Source: an uncultured Clostridia bacterium
Lineage (GTDB): Bacteria; Bacillota; Clostridia; TANB77; CAG-508
Reading direction: 5' to 3'
Length of the DNA: 64,000 bases
Assembly (NCBI GenBank): GCA_944392515.1
Contig: CALXWV010000001.1
Coordinates: forward strand, 8,718 to 72,717
A program made the position numbers and the translations under genes. Each line of letters starts with the position of its first letter. Within the stretch, counting starts at the first letter, position 1. Below, in pieces: positions 1-9,200 of the stretch. The notes below the pieces were generated by a model. It saw nothing but the letters and a program-made list of their open reading frames with translations. It made no database searches and was not told the origin of the DNA.

Positions 1-282
1 TTTTAATACATAAGAATGAAAATTATCTAGTTTTGTTACTGGTTCAAATTCCATATCTCTTGCAAAACCATGTTGAGGAATTTCAAATGTTCTACCATTA
101 ATTATTGTTTGATTTCTCTTAAGCTTTCCTACAATTGGAAATAATACTGGTGTATGTCTTTTCCAATAAACTTTACCATTATCATCTCTAACATCTTCTC
201 CTTGGTGAATTTTCTCTATACCATCTAGCTTAAAACTTAATAGTTCGCCACCAAAACTGGTTGTAGTCATAAGAGCTTCCAT
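1..282 (-). CDS. aldose 1-epimerase family protein (LacX-like), first 94 codons only; gene runs off the left edge
   Basis: Own translation from ATG at 282: MEALMTTTSFGGELLSFKLDGIEKIHQGED..WKRHTPVLFPIVGKLKRNQTIINGRTFEIPQHGFARDMEFE. The PVLFPIVGrLk..QHGFAR block is typical of the LacX/mutarotase fold. Absent from the ORF track because it is open at the edge. Confidence 0.65.
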   Translation of the reverse strand, partial: MEALMTTTSFGGELLSFKLDGIEKIHQGEDVRDDNGKVYWKRHTPVLFPIVGKLKRNQTIINGRTFEIPQHGFARDMEFEPVTKLDNFHSYVLK

Positions 283-452
283 AGCTAAACCTTTCTTTTT
301 ATTTAATTTATATATATATAATATTATTTTATAGGCTAAAAGTCAATATTTTCAAGGGAAAAACTATGTATTTTCAAATGAAAAACTATATATTTTTCAT
401 AAAATAAATTGCAAACTATGTTATAAATTCTTTTATACTTTTTTCATAAATA

Positions 453-485
453 AAAACTATGTATTATTTATTAATACATAGTTTT
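453..485 (-). terminator. Rho-independent terminator after greA
   Basis: Perfect 14-bp stem AAAACTATGTATTA / TAATACATAGTTTT with a 5-nt loop. It is followed on the minus strand by a T-rich tract, 38 nt past the greA stop. Confidence 0.6.
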
Positions 486-522
486 AAAAATTTATTTTAC
501 TTTGCAAGATTTTTTATTACTA

Positions 523-999
523 TTATTTTGTTATTGAAAGTACTTTGAATTTTGCAACTCCAGCAGGTATCTTAGCTTCTACTACTTGACCTTTTTTAGC
601 TCCAAGTAATGCTGAACCTATTGGTGATTCATTAGATATCTTGTTTTGAGCTAAATCTACTTCTGTTGAGCCTACTATTGTATATGTTACATTTTCATCA
701 AAGTCCATATCTAGTACTTCTACTGTGTTACCAACTTGAACTGTTTTAGTATCTATCTCTGAAGAATCTATTATTTTTGCATGTCTTAATTTGTTTTCTA
801 GCTCTGTTATTTTGTTTTCGTTCATTTCTTGTGCATTTTTTGCCTCATCGTATTCAGAGTTTTCAGATAAATCTCCATAACCTAGGGCAACTTTTATTCT
901 ACCAGCAATTTCTGTTCTTTGAGTTGTCTTAAGATACTCTAGTTCTTGTTCTAATTTATCATAGCCTTCTTGTGTTAGTAGTACTTCTTCGCTGTCCAT
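523..999 (-). CDS. greA: transcription elongation factor GreA
   Basis: 158 aa; LTQEGYDKLEQELEYLK..R.EIA.RI..A...GDLSENSEYDEAK coiled-coil N-domain plus the C-terminal FKBP-like domain pattern of GreA. Confidence 0.95.
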   Translation of the reverse strand: MDSEEVLLTQEGYDKLEQELEYLKTTQRTEIAGRIKVALGYGDLSENSEYDEAKNAQEMNENKITELENKLRHAKIIDSSEIDTKTVQVGNTVEVLDMDFDENVTYTIVGSTEVDLAQNKISNESPIGSALLGAKKGQVVEAKIPAGVAKFKVLSITK

Positions 1000-1036
1000 G
1001 ACTTATCCCTCCTTTTGTGTAAAAATTACCTTACAT

Positions 1037-1065
1037 ATATTAATACCTAATGGCGTTTTTGTCAA
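1037..1065 (-). promoter_or_regulatory. candidate sigma-A promoter for greA
   Basis: Minus strand reads TTGACA - 17 nt - TAATAT, about 40 nt upstream of the GGAGGG RBS and the greA ATG. Confidence 0.45.
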
Positions 1066-1124
1066 GAGGGTAGGATGATTTTTCACCTCGTTATTTGATT
1101 TTTTTACTATACTTATCTATTATT

Positions 1125-1493
1125 CTATACGTTTTGTATGCTCTTTTCTAATTTTGATATTTTTGCTTCACTTAATCCTGTACACCTTTTAATCATTGCT
1201 TTATCGCATTTTTCTTTCAACATATTAATTGCAACTTGGTATAAACTTTCTTTTTTTCCCTCTTCTAACACTTCAAGTGTTCCTGTTATTCCACCTACTT
1301 TTACTCCATTTTTTATATAACTTGCAACTAGGTTTGAATTTGCATTTGTAGTTGTTGCAGAATATCCCTCATTTGCTATTTGACTATTATTACTTATAAT
1401 ATTAGTAGTAATAACTATTGCGAGTATAACTGCTATTAATATAATTGCTATTGTTACTATTAATTTTTGCTTTTTATTTAGTCTTTTCATCAT
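1125..1493 (-). CDS. small membrane-anchored hypothetical protein (N-terminal TM helix, GGITGTL motif); short paralog of the 40418-41647 protein
   Basis: 122 aa; AGGAG RBS; KK-rich N-terminus followed by a hydrophobic helix. NLVASYIKNGVKVGGITGTLEVL matches NLIPEYIKEGITLGGITGTLKVL in the 409-aa protein. Confidence 0.55.
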   Translation of the reverse strand: MMKRLNKKQKLIVTIAIILIAVILAIVITTNIISNNSQIANEGYSATTTNANSNLVASYIKNGVKVGGITGTLEVLEEGKKESLYQVAINMLKEKCDKAMIKRCTGLSEAKISKLEKSIQNV

Positions 1494-1556
1494 TTGCTCC
1501 TTTCTCTTTTCCTTTTATATTTATATATTATTTTATATACTTAATTTATATTTTTG

Positions 1557-2402
1557 TCAGTCGCTATATAAAAATTTTTCATTATTATTTTTTATTTTTT
1601 CAAATTCAGTTTCATTTATTTTTCCTCTTTTACCAATTAATCTTGTTATTATCATCTTGCTTTTTTCTAATATGTATCTTGATTCATCTAAATCTTTTTG
1701 TTTTAATAGTTCTGCCTCAAAAAGTTCTTTTTTATCCATATTTTCATTTTCACTAAATATTCTCATTATTTTACTTATTTCTATATCTATATTTTCAATA
1801 CATATTCCCTCAAAGTCTTTATTTAATTTAAATTCTTTATTACAGTTTACAATTATGCTATTTTTATTTACATTAAATCCACTAAAATTATTGCAATCTA
1901 AATTAATTATTAATTCTGCTCTCTTTAAAGCTTTTCTTTTATTACTAGATACTGTAATGTATATTTCTTTTCTTTCTAATCTTTTTTCTAATTCTTGAAA
2001 CTGTCTTAAATGATTTGTAACTATATTTACGACCTTTACTTTATCTAATAAACTTTCTATTATTCTTATATTTTCTTTTGTATATTTTTCAGCTAAAATA
2101 TATATTTCTTCTAATTCTTCATTTCTATCTAAAGCATTATAGCAATATTTTATTACTTCTGGCAAAGCACATTTAAGTAGATACTTTCCATCTAGCCTAT
2201 TATATTCAATGTCTATTCCTTTTTCTGAAAAAATGTATTCTATATTATCTTGTTTTAGCTTTTGAATTAACTTACTTATTATTTTTTCATTTATATCTGG
2301 AAGATAATATGTATTATTTTGAGTTCTTATAATCTTAAAAAGCTTCTTATAGAATTTTTCAATTCCTGATAGCTTGTCTAATTTAATTAATCCAATATTC
2401 AT
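1557..2402 (-). CDS. hypothetical protein (no family recognised)
   Basis: Long ORF with host-like AT-rich codon usage. I moved the start to ATG at 2402 (MNIGLIKL..), which follows a GGGTGA RBS; the track start is a GTG inside that RBS. Confidence 0.5.
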   Translation of the reverse strand: MNIGLIKLDKLSGIEKFYKKLFKIIRTQNNTYYLPDINEKIISKLIQKLKQDNIEYIFSEKGIDIEYNRLDGKYLLKCALPEVIKYCYNALDRNEELEEIYILAEKYTKENIRIIESLLDKVKVVNIVTNHLRQFQELEKRLERKEIYITVSSNKRKALKRAELIINLDCNNFSGFNVNKNSIIVNCNKEFKLNKDFEGICIENIDIEISKIMRIFSENENMDKKELFEAELLKQKDLDESRYILEKSKMIITRLIGKRGKINETEFEKIKNNNEKFLYSD

Positions 2403-2507
2403 AAAAATCACCCTTAATATTATATTCGGGTGATTCTTATTTATAACTATTTTTATATTACTTTATTTTACATTATATTACTTAATATACTGTATTTACT
2501 TTTATTA

Positions 2508-4235
2508 CTATTCATTTTCATTAGTTTCTTTTACATTTAACTTATCTGCAATTATTTCCCATACAGTATTTGATTCTCTATCTTTTGACCAGAAGGCTCC
2601 ACCTGCTAAATCATACTGATTTATTAAATTTAATTTTGCTTTTAAAGACTCTTCATCTTCTATCCACATTTTGTAAGTTGTGCCATTTTGTTCATATTCT
2701 ATATAATATTGTTTTGTATTTTCATCCCAAGTTTTTTCTACTCCATTTGGAATTGTAACACTTCTCATATTAACTACTGAGCTAGTTAAAGTTCCATCTT
2801 TTTCTTTCCATAGTCTTGTATAAAATGGCATTGCTAATATTAATTTATCTTTAGATACTCCTTCTTGTCCTAAGAATTTTTTAATATTAAGCTCTACCCA
2901 GTCACATCCTGCAACCGTTCCTGCCTTTGTTGCTGATACTCCATTTTGGTCATATCCCATAAATATTATATAATCTGCAACTTGACCTATTACATTTCTA
3001 TCAAAACATAAAGACCATGTTTCTGAGCCATCTGGTGCTGTAACATCTACTGAAAGTGTTAGCCCTGCTTCTCTTAATCTTGGAGCTAGCTCTATTAAAA
3101 ATCTTGAATAATTATCTTTATCTTTTTGATACATATTTTCAAAATCTATATTAACTCCATCTACTCCTGCATCTATTAATTCATCTATTATATTATCTAT
3201 TAAATATTCTCTATTTTCATAAGTAGATAGTAATTTAGATACTGCATCTAAACTTCCAAGTTCGCTATTTGACACCATAGGCCATACTTTATATCCATTT
3301 GCATGAGCCCACTCAACATAGTTTTTTCCATTTTTTCCAATATTTGCATCAATATCTCCACTTGCTGTTATTTCATAAAATGATGGAGATACAACATTTA
3401 TTCCTTCAATTTGACCATTTCTTACAGGTGCTTCAACATATTGTGAATAATAGTCCCAAACTAGACTTACTTTTCCATCAATTCTTGTACTAATATCTAA
3501 ATCATCTCTTGTATTTTTCTCATCTGTTATATCTTTTTCTTTAACATATCCAAGTTCTCCATTTTTTGTTCTAACTTTTATCCAACCATCTTCTACTATA
3601 TTTGAATTGGTTTCTTTATCTTGTACTAATATTAAAGTATCTCCTCTTTCTACTTTATCTACAGTTTTTGATAATATTGTAGGTAAATATTTTACTGACA
3701 TATTTTTTGAACATAGTGCTTCTACACATTTTCTATTTAATGAATCTATTGTAATAATATTAGTATTAGCTGAATAATTTACTTCTATATTATATATATC
3801 TGTTAAGTCTGTTATTGGCAAATATATAATTCCATCTCTATTTAATACTGAATGTTCTATACTTTTTTTAGCGCTATTAACAGTAATATTTGTTCCTTCA
3901 AAAGGCAATACTACTGTTTTTGTATTTGATGTAGTTATTACTCTACTATTCTCTTTATCTACTAATAAAAATTCATCTAAAAAGTTTTGCATATCTCCTG
4001 TAGATAAATATATTGTATTATCTTCTATTATTATATTATTTTTTACATTTCTAGTAATATTATTGTTGTTTATTACTAAATTTGTAACATTTGCAAATTC
4101 ATCTCTTGCATAATTTGGTGCTATCTTTATTGCAAACACCATTAATCCTAATATAATTGCTACTACTACTATTCTTAATATTAATCTTGGTACATTTATT
4201 TTTTCTTCTTTTGATCTTTTTATATTTTTCTTCAT
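2508..4235 (-). CDS. glycoside hydrolase family 18 protein (YaaH/YdhD-like peptidoglycan/chitin hydrolase), N-terminal membrane anchor
   Basis: 575 aa; GH18 catalytic motif GVDGVNIDFE (DxxDxDxE); AMPFYTRLW and AGGAFWSKD blocks; N-terminal TM helix. Confidence 0.8.
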   Translation of the reverse strand: MKKNIKRSKEEKINVPRLILRIVVVAIILGLMVFAIKIAPNYARDEFANVTNLVINNNNITRNVKNNIIIEDNTIYLSTGDMQNFLDEFLLVDKENSRVITTSNTKTVVLPFEGTNITVNSAKKSIEHSVLNRDGIIYLPITDLTDIYNIEVNYSANTNIITIDSLNRKCVEALCSKNMSVKYLPTILSKTVDKVERGDTLILVQDKETNSNIVEDGWIKVRTKNGELGYVKEKDITDEKNTRDDLDISTRIDGKVSLVWDYYSQYVEAPVRNGQIEGINVVSPSFYEITASGDIDANIGKNGKNYVEWAHANGYKVWPMVSNSELGSLDAVSKLLSTYENREYLIDNIIDELIDAGVDGVNIDFENMYQKDKDNYSRFLIELAPRLREAGLTLSVDVTAPDGSETWSLCFDRNVIGQVADYIIFMGYDQNGVSATKAGTVAGCDWVELNIKKFLGQEGVSKDKLILAMPFYTRLWKEKDGTLTSSVVNMRSVTIPNGVEKTWDENTKQYYIEYEQNGTTYKMWIEDEESLKAKLNLINQYDLAGGAFWSKDRESNTVWEIIADKLNVKETNENE

Positions 4236-4428
4236 TATATTTTTTCGTATTTTTATACGAACTCCTTTCTATATTTCTTTATATTATTTTATCTAGTTTT
4301 TTATTATTTTATTATATAAAAATAACTTTTATATTTGCATAACAATAATATCATAAAAGAAAATTTTAGGGAATAGTTTTGAACAATTTTTTTCTGATTT
4401 ACATATAATGTTACAAAGGAGGTAAAGC

Positions 4429-4581
4429 ATGTGTAAGATACTAAAAAAATTACTTGCAACTTGCCTCGTTGGTTTTGGATTAGGAGTTTTACTTGTACTG
4501 TTACTTCCATTATCCGGTTGGCTTTTTATTATTGGCTGTGCTATTACTATTTTAGGTCTTTGTTGTTTATTTCATAAGTAA
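4429..4581 (+). CDS. unannotated small hydrophobic protein, 50 aa (two predicted TM helices)
   Basis: AAGGAGGT RBS 5 nt before the ATG; MCKILKKLLATCLVGFGLGVLLVLLLPLSGWLFIIGCAITILGLCCLFHK. Below the size cutoff of the ORF track. Confidence 0.55.
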   Translation: MCKILKKLLATCLVGFGLGVLLVLLLPLSGWLFIIGCAITILGLCCLFHK

Positions 4582-4593
4582 GGAGGAATTTAT

Positions 4594-4668
4594 ATGACTA
4601 TTGTAGTAAAAAAAGTTCCCAAATTTCTAAGAGGAATTGTTAAGTTTTTATTTGGAATAAAAGACTAA
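4594..4668 (+). CDS. unannotated basic amphipathic peptide, 24 aa
   Basis: The AGGAGGA RBS overlaps the stop of the preceding small ORF, and the ATG lies 6 nt later. Sequence MTIVVKKVPKFLRGIVKFLFGIKD; a hairpin follows at 4691-4710. Confidence 0.45.
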   Translation: MTIVVKKVPKFLRGIVKFLFGIKD

Positions 4669-4681
4669 CTAAATACATAAG

Positions 4682-4710
4682 AAAGAAAAAGCACTACTTA
4701 AATGTAGTGC
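4682..4710. terminator. shared stem-loop terminator between rpmB (-) and the small-ORF pair (+)
   Basis: GCACTAC-TTAAAT-GTAGTGC. A strong T-run (TTTTTCTTTC) follows on the minus strand, 15 nt past the rpmB stop. The flank on the plus side is weaker but T-rich. Confidence 0.65.
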
Positions 4711-4724
4711 TAATTTATATAATA

Positions 4725-4922
4725 TTAAACATTTTCCAATTTAGCTGAACGTAAGCATTTAGAGCATACAGACATCTTTTTTGATTCTCCGTTTACTTTT
4801 ATTCTTACTGTTCTAAGATTTGGTTTCCATGTTCTTTTTGCTCTTCTACTAACATGTGAACGAGCTATACTGATTCTATTTCCATTTGCTACTGCTTTTC
4901 CGCAAATATCACATTTAGCCAT
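4725..4922 (-). CDS. rpmB: 50S ribosomal protein L28
   Basis: MAKCDICGK....GN.IS.A.SHV.RR.KRTWKPNL. Start moved to MAKC, which follows an AGGAGGTG RBS; the 10-aa extension in the track is not supported. Confidence 0.92.
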   Translation of the reverse strand: MAKCDICGKAVANGNRISIARSHVSRRAKRTWKPNLRTVRIKVNGESKKMSVCSKCLRSAKLENV

Positions 4923-5208
4923 TTTACTGCACCTCCTATGCTTAATTTTCAATCGCTATTAATTATGATAACACATTTATTAGATAATTTCAAGTGTTTT
5001 GGTAAATATTTTTTGTTTTTAGATTTATGTAAATCATTTCGTATTATTTTTATATACTCATATAGCATTTTTCTTTAATAAACTTTTTAATACTATTTTA
5101 ATTTTTTCTTTCATGCTTTCGTCCTATTAAAATGTGAAACTTTTTTATGTATTTTTAATTATTTTTGTTTCACATTTTTAAAGTAAACTTTTTTAATGTA
5201 AAATTTTT

Positions 5209-5598
5209 CTATATATTTTTTTCGAAAAATCCTTTTAACTTTTCAAATTCATCCAAATAAGATTTTTTTATATTATCATATATTTCTCTGGATTTTTCTT
5301 CATCATATAAGTGTGAAAGTACATTTCTATCAAGCATCATATTTATCCATACATCACCATTTTTTATAACTTTTGCTTGATAAGCTAGTTGAATTATTGC
5401 TCTTGGACTTGCTATATTATCTGAATAACCATTATATTCTAGATAATCTTTCATTGTTTTCCATGCTAGTTCAAAAGTAAATTCATATCTTTGTAATGTA
5501 CCATCAATAACTATATCTGTTGGATTCTCTAACATAGCTTCTTTAAGTTTATTTAGAGCTTTTACATAATCTTCATATCTTTCTTTAAATCTTTTCAT
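5209..5598 (-). CDS. hepT: HI0074-family nucleotidyltransferase substrate-binding protein (HEPN toxin-like)
   Basis: 129 aa; LQRYEFTFELAWKTMKDYLEYNGY and an Rx4H motif (RNVLSH) characteristic of HI0074/HEPN proteins. Confidence 0.88.
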   Translation of the reverse strand: MKRFKERYEDYVKALNKLKEAMLENPTDIVIDGTLQRYEFTFELAWKTMKDYLEYNGYSDNIASPRAIIQLAYQAKVIKNGDVWINMMLDRNVLSHLYDEEKSREIYDNIKKSYLDEFEKLKGFFEKNI

Positions 5599-5622
5599 AC
5601 TTATTTACCCCTACCTTACTAA

Positions 5623-5904
5623 TTAAATTTGCTTTGATTCTTTTTTTATTGAATTTATAAACTCTTCATTTTTTATATCTTGCATAAAGACTAAATCTAT
5701 TTTATATATACAGTCAATCAAATCTATTTCATTCATTATTTCATATTTTTTCTTATTTGATACTTCATCAATAACAGTAATATCTATATCTGAATTTTCT
5801 CTGTAATCTCCTCTTGCTCTTGATCCAAATATATATAATTTAATACTACATTTTGTTGATACATTTTTTATTTGTTTTAATAATTCATCACTTAATCCAT
5901 ACAT
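5623..5904 (-). CDS. mntA: minimal nucleotidyltransferase (MNT, HI0073-like antitoxin partner)
   Basis: 93 aa; GSRARGDYRENSDIDI (GSxxRG..DxD) pol-beta nucleotidyltransferase motif; lies 24 nt upstream of the HEPN gene. Confidence 0.85.
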   Translation of the reverse strand: MYGLSDELLKQIKNVSTKCSIKLYIFGSRARGDYRENSDIDITVIDEVSNKKKYEIMNEIDLIDCIYKIDLVFMQDIKNEEFINSIKKESKQI

Positions 5905-5961
5905 ATTATTAACCTCATATTTATATTACACTATTTTTTTCAAAATGTCTATGAGTTTTAA

Positions 5962-6198
5962 TTATAATATTTTTACTACTTCTTCAGTATTTACACTTTG
6001 CTTAGTAGGAATTTTAATTATTTCAAATTTTGAAGTATTATTGCCAAATTTTATTTCAACAATATCTCCTATCTTTATTTCATAGCTTGGTTTTACTACT
6101 TTTCCATTTACACTAATTCTACCACCATCTGCCGCTTCATTTGCAACAGTTCTTCTTTTAATTATTCTTGCAACTTTTAAAAATTTGTCTATTCTCAT
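5962..6198 (-). CDS. rqcP: S4-domain RNA-binding protein RqcP/YabO-like (Hsp15 family)
   Basis: 78 aa; MRIDKFLKVARIIKRRTVANEAADGGRISVNGK.VKPS is colinear with B. subtilis YabO as I recall it. Confidence 0.8.
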   Translation of the reverse strand: MRIDKFLKVARIIKRRTVANEAADGGRISVNGKVVKPSYEIKIGDIVEIKFGNNTSKFEIIKIPTKQSVNTEEVVKIL

Positions 6199-6227
6199 TT
6201 TTGATATAATCCTTTCTAGTATTTAAT

Positions 6228-9200
6228 TTATATTTCTATACATTTATTTAAATATGTCGAATATATACATTCTTTATCTACTTTTCTATTTAAGGCTTTT
6301 TCTAGTGCTCTTTTATATAAATCTAATTGTGATTTATATCTTTCTGCTAATTCTTTTTCTTCTTTAACATAGTCTGTTTTATAATCTACTAATATAAGTT
6401 TATCATCTTTTGAAATATAATAAATGTCTATTACACCTTGTACTAATATTGGTTCATTAGTTTCTTCAAAAAGCTCATTTGAATTAATATTTAAGTAAAA
6501 TGGTGTTTCTCTTTTTACTTCTTTTGCTTCTAATATCTCTTTATATAACTCAGAAGATAAATAATGGTCTATTATCTTCATATCTATTGCTTCTTTTTCT
6601 TCTTTTGTAATTATATTTTTAGATATTAATTTTTCTATTAAGTTATTTATTTCATCAATATTTTTCTCGTTTGTTATCTTACTTAAAATTAAATGAATTA
6701 TTGTTCCTTTTCTTGCTCCTTTAATTTCTTTATCTATTGCAAATGATGGAACTTTTATTTTACTATTTTCATTCTTAATTTTCTTGCTATCTTCTTTTTC
6801 TTTGTTTGTTTCATAAGATTTTAAATTTTCAAATTCTTTTAAAGCTGTTACTGATGTTTTTGTTGGAAGTTCTATGTCTTTTTCATATTTATATGTAAAG
6901 TTTAGCATTTTATCTATTTTTGCATATTCTTCCTTATTTATTTTGTGATTACGTATTTCATTAATTATTTCTTCTTTATGTTTTCTAATTTCTATTTGTT
7001 CTTCTTTATTAGTTTCTTTTAATAATTCAGATTTATTTATTATATTAAGTTTCATACAAGAACTATCATTATATTTATATACAAGCTCTAGCCAATCTAA
7101 ATATGATTTATATTTTTCTACTAACCTTGGATTTAATTTCTCAGGTTTTGTAAATTTATAATATTTAGAAACTTCATCTACTTTTTCTTGTAATTTTTTC
7201 TTAACATTATCACTTGTTCCAACTATTATTAACTTTTCTTTTGCTCTAGTTAATGCAACATATAGAACTCTCATTTCTTCAGAAATAGCTTCTTTATTTG
7301 CTTTTATCTTAATTGCATCTTTGGCTAAAGTAGGAAACTCTATTCCATCTTTTATGTAATTTGCTCCTATTCCTAAGTTATTGTCTAAAACTATTTTTTC
7401 AGACATATCTCTTAAATTAAACTTTTTACTGCTATTACATAAAAATACAATTGGAAATTCTAGTCCTTTACTTTTATGAATACTCATTATTCTTACAACA
7501 TCATCGTTTTCACCTATAATTCTAGCTGAATCTATACTTTTGTTGCTTGTTCCTACCTTTTCCATAAATAATATAAAGTTAAATAAGCCTTTTAGACTTA
7601 TTTTTTCATATTCTCTTGCTTTTTCAAATAATTTTTTTAGGTTTGCTTGTCTTAGGTTGCCATCTGGCATTAGCCCAACATAGTGATAATATCCAGTTTT
7701 ATTATATATATCCCATATAAGCTCATCTAATGGCTTTGTTTTTTCTTCTTCTTTTAAAGTTTTTAATAAATCTAAAAACTGAGTTATCTTTTCTTTTAGA
7801 TTTTGAGAAATATCCATACTTTCTTTTGCTTTTTCAAATGCTCTATAATATGAAATATTTTTGTCTACTAATCTTATTTCGATAAGCTCATTATCTGTAA
7901 ATCCTCCTATTTCTGACCTTAGTACTGTTACTAATGGAATGTCTTGAAGAGGATTATCTATTATTTTAAGTAGTGACATTATCGTATCTATTTCAATAGT
8001 ATTTAAATATTCTGTTGTTATATCTGAAAAAACTGGAATTTTTGCATCCATTAATTCTTTTTCATATATGCTTGCTACTGCTTTTGGACTTCTTAAAAGA
8101 ATCGTCATACTTTTAAAAGGAACCCCAGATAAATTTAGCTCTTTTATTTTTTTTGCAACTAATCTTGCTTCTAAAGCTGCATTTTCAATTACTTCTGCTG
8201 TTTCTTCATTTTCATCTTCTTCAGTTTCTATTATATTAAGCTCAGTTTCTAAATCTAAAGAAGTATCTTCAAATTCAGCACCTAAATTTAGTGCTTCTTC
8301 TTTTGTATATTCTATTTCTCCTAATTTTTTACTCATTATATTATTAAATACTAAGTTTGTAATATCTAATATATTTTTTCTACTTCTAAAATTCTTATAT
8401 AAAAGTATTTTAGTATTTTCTTTAATCTCTCCATCTGTCAATTTATATTCATTATATTTTTGCATAAATAGTTTTGGATTTGCTTGTCTAAACTTGTAAA
8501 TACTTTGTTTAACATCTCCAACCATAAATATATTATGTCCATTTGATACACTATTTAAAATATATTCCTGAACTGAGTTACTATCTTGGTATTCGTCTAT
8601 TTCTATTTCATCAAAATTATATTTTTTAGCTATTTCAGTTGGTTTTCCATCCTCATCTACTAATATTTTTAATGCTAAATGCTCTATATCATTAAAGTCT
8701 ACTATATTTTTTTCTCTTTTTCTTTTTGCAAATTCTTTTTCAAATTTTAAAACTAAGTTTTGTAAGCTTTTTAAAGTACTATACATTTCATTAATATCTT
8801 CTATTGTTTCTTTTGAAGTTGTTCTTACTAATTTTTGAATATCTGTAAAACTTGCTCTTGCCAAATCTCTAATGGCTTTAGCTCTTTCTTTTGCTTCTTT
8901 TTCTTCTTCTGACATTTTGCTTTTTCTTGGCCAAGGTGCCCAAATTTTTGAATTTAAATCTTGATATAGCTTGTCCCATGTATTATTTGTATCCTCTTTA
9001 GCATAATTAGTAACAAGCATTTGATTTATGTATTCTAAATCTGTTTTTAAAACTGATATAAAGTCTATAAGATTTGGATATGTTTCAACTTCTTCTATGG
9101 CAGATTCTAAATTAATTTTACAATCTTCTAAATTCTCTTTTACTTTATCTACTATAATTTTTCCCCAATTTGTATTACTAAAGTCTGTTATTAAATTTGA

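Noticed and set aside
41-52. GGTTCAAATTCC, which resembles a tRNA T-arm
   Set aside because: It lies inside the LacX-like coding frame, and no acceptor or anticodon stems can be drawn around it.
4304-4510. 68-aa minus-strand ORF from the track
   Set aside because: It has no RBS and an implausible sequence. The same DNA encodes two RBS-led small ORFs on the plus strand, which I consider the better reading.
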